Assembly: GCF_006345805.1 (NCBI RefSeq)
Contig: NW_021828917.1
Span: 1-7,318 of the forward strand
Direction of reading: 5' to 3'
DNA from: Octopus sinensis
Taxonomy: Eukaryota
Length of the DNA stretch: 7,318 bases
Below are positions 6,290 to 7,318 of the stretch, piece by piece. The position numbers and the translations under genes are program-made. The stretch's first letter is position 1; the number at the start of each line of letters is the position of its first letter. Under the pieces are notes generated by a model that saw only the letters and a list, made by a program, of their open reading frames with translations, did not search any database and was not told the origin of the DNA.

Positions 6290-6304
6290 AATATTTTTCA
6301 CTCA
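6290..6304 (+). other. Left target-site duplication of the SINE trimer
   Basis: AATATTTTTCACTCA versus AATATTTTTCAATCA at 6921-6935 (14/15 identical). Confidence 0.85.
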
Positions 6305-6539
6305 AAGGCGGCGAGCTGGCAGAAACGTTAGCAGGTCGGGTGAAATGTTTAGCGGTATTTCGTCTGCCTTTTACGATTTGAGTTCAAATTCCGCCGAGGT
6401 CGACTTTGCCTTTCATCCTTTCGGGGCCGTTAAATTAAGTACCAGTTACGCACTGAGGTCGATCTAATCGACATAATCCCTTTGTCTGTCCTTGTTTGTC
6501 CCCTCTATGTTTAGCCTCTTGTGGGCAAAAAAGAAATAA
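6305..6539 (+). mobile_element. SINE family A full-length unit 1 (A box, B box, core, tail type B)
   Basis: Head AAGGCGGCGAGCTGGCAGAAACGTTAGC (A-box-like TGGCAGAAACG), B box GAGTTCAAATTCC (6380-6392), core, tail ...GTTTAGCCTCTTGTGGGCAAAAAAGAAATAA. Confidence 0.93.
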
Positions 6540-6755
6540 GAAACATTAGCACGCCGGGCGAAATGCTTAGCAGTATTTCGTCTGCCGCTACGTTGTGAGT
6601 TCAAATTCCGCCGAGGTCGACTTTGCCTTTCATTCTTTCGGGGTCGATTAAATAAGTACCAGTTACGCACTGGGATCGATATAATCGACTTAATCCGTTT
6701 GTCTGTCCTTGTCTGTCCTCTCTGTGTTTAGCCCCTTGTGGGTAGTAAAGAAATA
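6540..6755 (+). mobile_element. SINE family A unit 2 (lacks first ~17 nt, tail type B)
   Basis: Starts GAAACATTAGCACGCCGGGCGAAATGC, collinear with unit 1; ends GCCCCTTGTGGGTAGTAAAGAAATA. Confidence 0.93.
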
Positions 6756-6920
6756 GGTATTTCGTCTGTCTTTACGTTCTGAGTTCAAATTCCACCGAGG
6801 TCGACTTTGCCTTTCATCCTTTCGGAATTGATCAATTAAGTACTAGTTGCGTACTGGGGTCAATCTAATCGACTGGACCCTTCTCCCAAAATTTCGGGTC
6901 TTGTACCTAGAGCAGAAAAG
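6756..6920 (+). mobile_element. SINE family A unit 3 (further 5'-truncated, tail type A)
   Basis: Starts GGTATTTCGTCTG. Its tail CCCTTCTCCCAAAATTTCGGGTCTTGTACCTAGAGCAGAAAAG matches the monomer tails at 581, 3253 and 5458. Confidence 0.93.
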
Positions 6921-6935
6921 AATATTTTTCAATCA
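6921..6935 (+). other. Right target-site duplication of the SINE trimer
   Basis: 14/15 match to 6290-6304. Confidence 0.85.
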
Positions 6936-7318
6936 CAATCTGCTTCATTTTTGATATCATCTCACCCGAGATCGCTCCTGTGCCATAAAAGATTCTAAAA
7001 TTTAAACTTTCCTTCAAAATTCCGTGTTAATTTAATTTGCATTTGTTCTGGGGCTGTGTGACCCATTGCCTCCTTCGCCCCTATCTTCTGCTGATCAAAT
7101 CTCTTTCCCCCTTTTTGCTTTTCTTTTTCTATTTCTTTGTTTCTTTGTATTCTTTACAATCGAGTAAAGCTATGCTGCCCTTTTGGTTCACTAAGTTCTT
7201 CATTATTTTAAAAATTAGGCAGTGTATTTCAATAGAAATGTGCTAATAAAGGTGTTTTAAAAACTAGAGGCATTCGGAAACTGAGGATCTTTTGGAAAAT
7301 TTTCAACATGGCAGGGTT

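Noticed and set aside
6305-6920. Direct repeats as a CRISPR-like array or tRNA genes
   Set aside because: The units are 165-235 bp with no unique spacers in a eukaryotic context. The A/B boxes belong to SINE heads and no cloverleaf is supportable.
7035-7042. Octamer motif ATTTGCAT
   Set aside because: A single hit in AT-rich DNA with no snRNA or promoter context.
7281-7304. CUGAGGA...GAAAAUUUUC hammerhead-like order
   Set aside because: There is no real helix II and no helix I, so it is consistent with chance.

Overview
This is non-genic, repeat-saturated eukaryotic DNA with no intact protein-coding gene. The repeat families look like those of octopod cephalopods (inference from remembered SINE sequences and the (TA)n/(AAT)n load). 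The window is a mosaic of microsatellites and mobile-element pieces: two tRNA-derived SINE families, a decayed maT-like (DD37D) mariner transposase, 3' ends of a Tx1/L1-like and an R4/Dong-like LINE, Penelope/retrozyme-like islands with hammerhead ribozyme folds, and a probable Helentron-associated (HINE-like) fragment. The main findings are: (1) a well-formed type I hammerhead fold at 1575-1666 with a 61-nt helix II, a self-complementary helix III and a U4C core variant; (2) a perfect 277-bp palindrome (138-bp arms, 1-nt spacer) made from a SINE; (3) a 616-bp SINE trimer flanked by one 15-bp target-site duplication; (4) internal tails of that trimer that match the 3' end of the Tx1-like LINE in the same window, suggesting a SINE-LINE partnership. 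Most ORFs in the supplied track are microsatellite artefacts.
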